Assembly: GCA_052279835.1 (NCBI GenBank)
Contig: CP181291.1
Location: 800,001-864,000 of the forward strand
Origin: Microcoleus sp.
GTDB lineage: Bacteria; Cyanobacteriota; Cyanobacteriia; Cyanobacteriales; Microcoleaceae
Length of the DNA: 64,000 nucleotides
Direction: 5' to 3'
In this document: piece after piece, positions 62,550-64,000 of the stretch
How the letters are laid out: each line of letters opens with the position of its first letter
How positions within the stretch are numbered: position 1 is the first letter of the stretch
Notes under the pieces: generated by a model
The model's input: only the letters and a program-made list of their open reading frames with translations
What the model was told of the DNA's origin: nothing
The model's database searches: none
Program-made: the position numbers and the translations under genes

Positions 62550-63149
62550 ATGTTAGCACCAAGTAAGCAAAAAATTTATACTTTAGATGAGTACCGGGAG
62601 TTAGAGGAAACTGCTGAGTTTAGAAATGAATATCGCGATGGAGAAATTGTACAAATGACTGGTGGTACTATTAATCACAGCCGGATTATCCGAAATTTGA
62701 GTAGAATTTTGGGAAATTTGCTTGAGGAGAATTCCTATGAGCTTTTTCACAATGATTTGCGGTTGTGGATTCCTCGGTATCGACGCGGAACTTACCCGGA
62801 TGTTATTGTAATTGCAGGAGATCCTATTTTTAATGATGGACGCAAGGATGAAATACTCAATCCTATGCTGATTGTGGAAGTGCTTTCTAAGTCTACCAAT
62901 AATTTTGATAAAGAGGATAAGTTTCGGTTTTATCGATCGATTCCTGAATTCCGAGAATATGTCTTAGTAAGCCAATACGAATTTTTAGTAGCACAATATA
63001 TTAAAACTGAATCGAATGAGTGGTTATTTCGGGAATATGAAGGAGAATCAGCAATAGTTTCCTTTGCTTCTGTGGAAGTGCAAATGTCGATGAGCGAGAT
63101 TTACGCAAAAGTGGTATTTGAAACAGACGAGACAGAATTGCCTCAGTAA
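62550..63149 (+). CDS. Uma2 family endonuclease-like protein (tandem copy 2)
   Basis: Same motifs; GGAGG RBS; long DNA stretches identical to copy 1. Confidence 0.9.
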   Translation: MLAPSKQKIYTLDEYRELEETAEFRNEYRDGEIVQMTGGTINHSRIIRNLSRILGNLLEENSYELFHNDLRLWIPRYRRGTYPDVIVIAGDPIFNDGRKDEILNPMLIVEVLSKSTNNFDKEDKFRFYRSIPEFREYVLVSQYEFLVAQYIKTESNEWLFREYEGESAIVSFASVEVQMSMSEIYAKVVFETDETELPQ

Positions 63150-63158
63150 TTTGGTTCC

Positions 63159-63230
63159 TAGGGGCGAAGCATTCCGGCAGTAAATCGCTGGTTATAGCGA
63201 ATAAATTATTGCCCGGAATGCTTCGCCCTT
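63159..63230. repeat. GGGGCGAAGCATTCCGG...CCGGAATGCTTCGCCC palindrome
   Basis: Inverted arms visible. Confidence 0.85.
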
Positions 63231-63283
63231 CCAAAATTGATTGCATCCACTACAAACACAAATTAAATTTCAAGTAAAATTAG

Positions 63284-64000
63284 ATGAATGTAATTTGGTT
63301 ACTGTTAAAGGCTTCTTGGTTAAATGTTTCCATCGCCATACTCACAGGCTTAATCAGTGGCGGTTCCAGCGCCATGTTAATTGCCCTAATTAACCGCGCT
63401 ATCAGCGATAATTCTAATGCTAATCTAGTCTGGTATTTTGCGGGATTGGCAATCTTGGCTCTTTTGAGTGGCTTTGTCTCTCAATTTTTGTTAATCTATC
63501 TTTCTCAAGAAGCAGTTTATAATCTACGACTGAGTTTGAGTCGTGGTATTTTGTCTTCTCCGTTGCGAAATTTGGAAGAGTTGGGCGCTAACCGCTTGCT
63601 GGCGACTCTGACTGATGATGTGGGAACTCTTTCTAATACTATATTTTTGATTCCTTTTCTCTGTGTTGATATCGCCGTTGTTGTGGGCTGTTTAGCTTAT
63701 TTAAGCACGATTTCTGGTACAGTTTTTGTAGTTGTATTTGGTTTTTTGGTGCTGATGATTGGCACTGTACAACTGTTGCTGAACAAAATGCGGAAGTTCT
63801 TCGATTTAGCTAGAGAAGAACAGGATATATTGTTTAAGCATTTTCGCAGTATCACTGATGGCATTAAGGAACTTAAACTGCATTCTTTGCGCCGCCAAGA
63901 GTTTTTTACGGAAGAATTGCAGGTAAGCGCGGATGCTTCCCGCGATTATAACGTGACTGCTTTGAATACGGGTGCTGTGGCGATTGGAGTTGGACAATTG
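63284..64000 (+). CDS. ABC transporter, cyclic-peptide exporter (SyrD/PvdE-like), 3' end outside the window; not in the supplied ORF track
   Basis: Own translation: MNVIWLLLKASW...LRNLEELGANRLLATLTDDV...DGIKELKLH. Confidence 0.85.
   Translation, partial: MNVIWLLLKASWLNVSIAILTGLISGGSSAMLIALINRAISDNSNANLVWYFAGLAILALLSGFVSQFLLIYLSQEAVYNLRLSLSRGILSSPLRNLEELGANRLLATLTDDVGTLSNTIFLIPFLCVDIAVVVGCLAYLSTISGTVFVVVFGFLVLMIGTVQLLLNKMRKFFDLAREEQDILFKHFRSITDGIKELKLHSLRRQEFFTEELQVSADASRDYNVTALNTGAVAIGVGQL

Noticed and set aside
61888..63149. DGR-like template/variable repeat pair in the Uma2 duplicates
   Set aside because: Differences are not adenine-specific, both copies are full ORFs and no reverse transcriptase is present

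Overview
This 64 kb window comes from a cyanobacterial chromosome. The evidence is abundant HIP1 octamers (GCGATCGC) plus psaK, ndhB, ftrV and dnaK3/dnaJ3. The dense short tandem and palindromic repeats suggest a filamentous Oscillatoriales/Microcoleus-like host, which is an inference. Housekeeping genes (ftrV, GH57, dnaK3-dnaJ3, ackA, psaK, xfp, topA, ndhB) alternate with accessory blocks: (i) a DUF4365-like two-gene operon; (ii) three large sensor histidine kinases, one carrying an insert-Cys-type cyanobacteriochrome GAF; (iii) a dynamin-like protein / TA pair / KGK / HNH locus; (iv) a PLD-SNF2 helicase plus N6-adenine methyltransferase pair; (v) an ABC-type ATPase plus TOPRIM-like (DUF3226-like) cassette bracketed by inverted repeats; (vi) a TA-rich island with an Rpn-family gene showing a likely internal start; (vii) a 5'-truncated TnpB joined to a histidine kinase fragment; (viii) four Uma2 genes. 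A recurring theme is REP/MITE-like palindromes and tandem repeats that sit in-frame inside at least four genes and bracket accessory cassettes. No rRNA, tRNA or CRISPR array was recognised. All family assignments come from motif recognition by eye, not from database searches.
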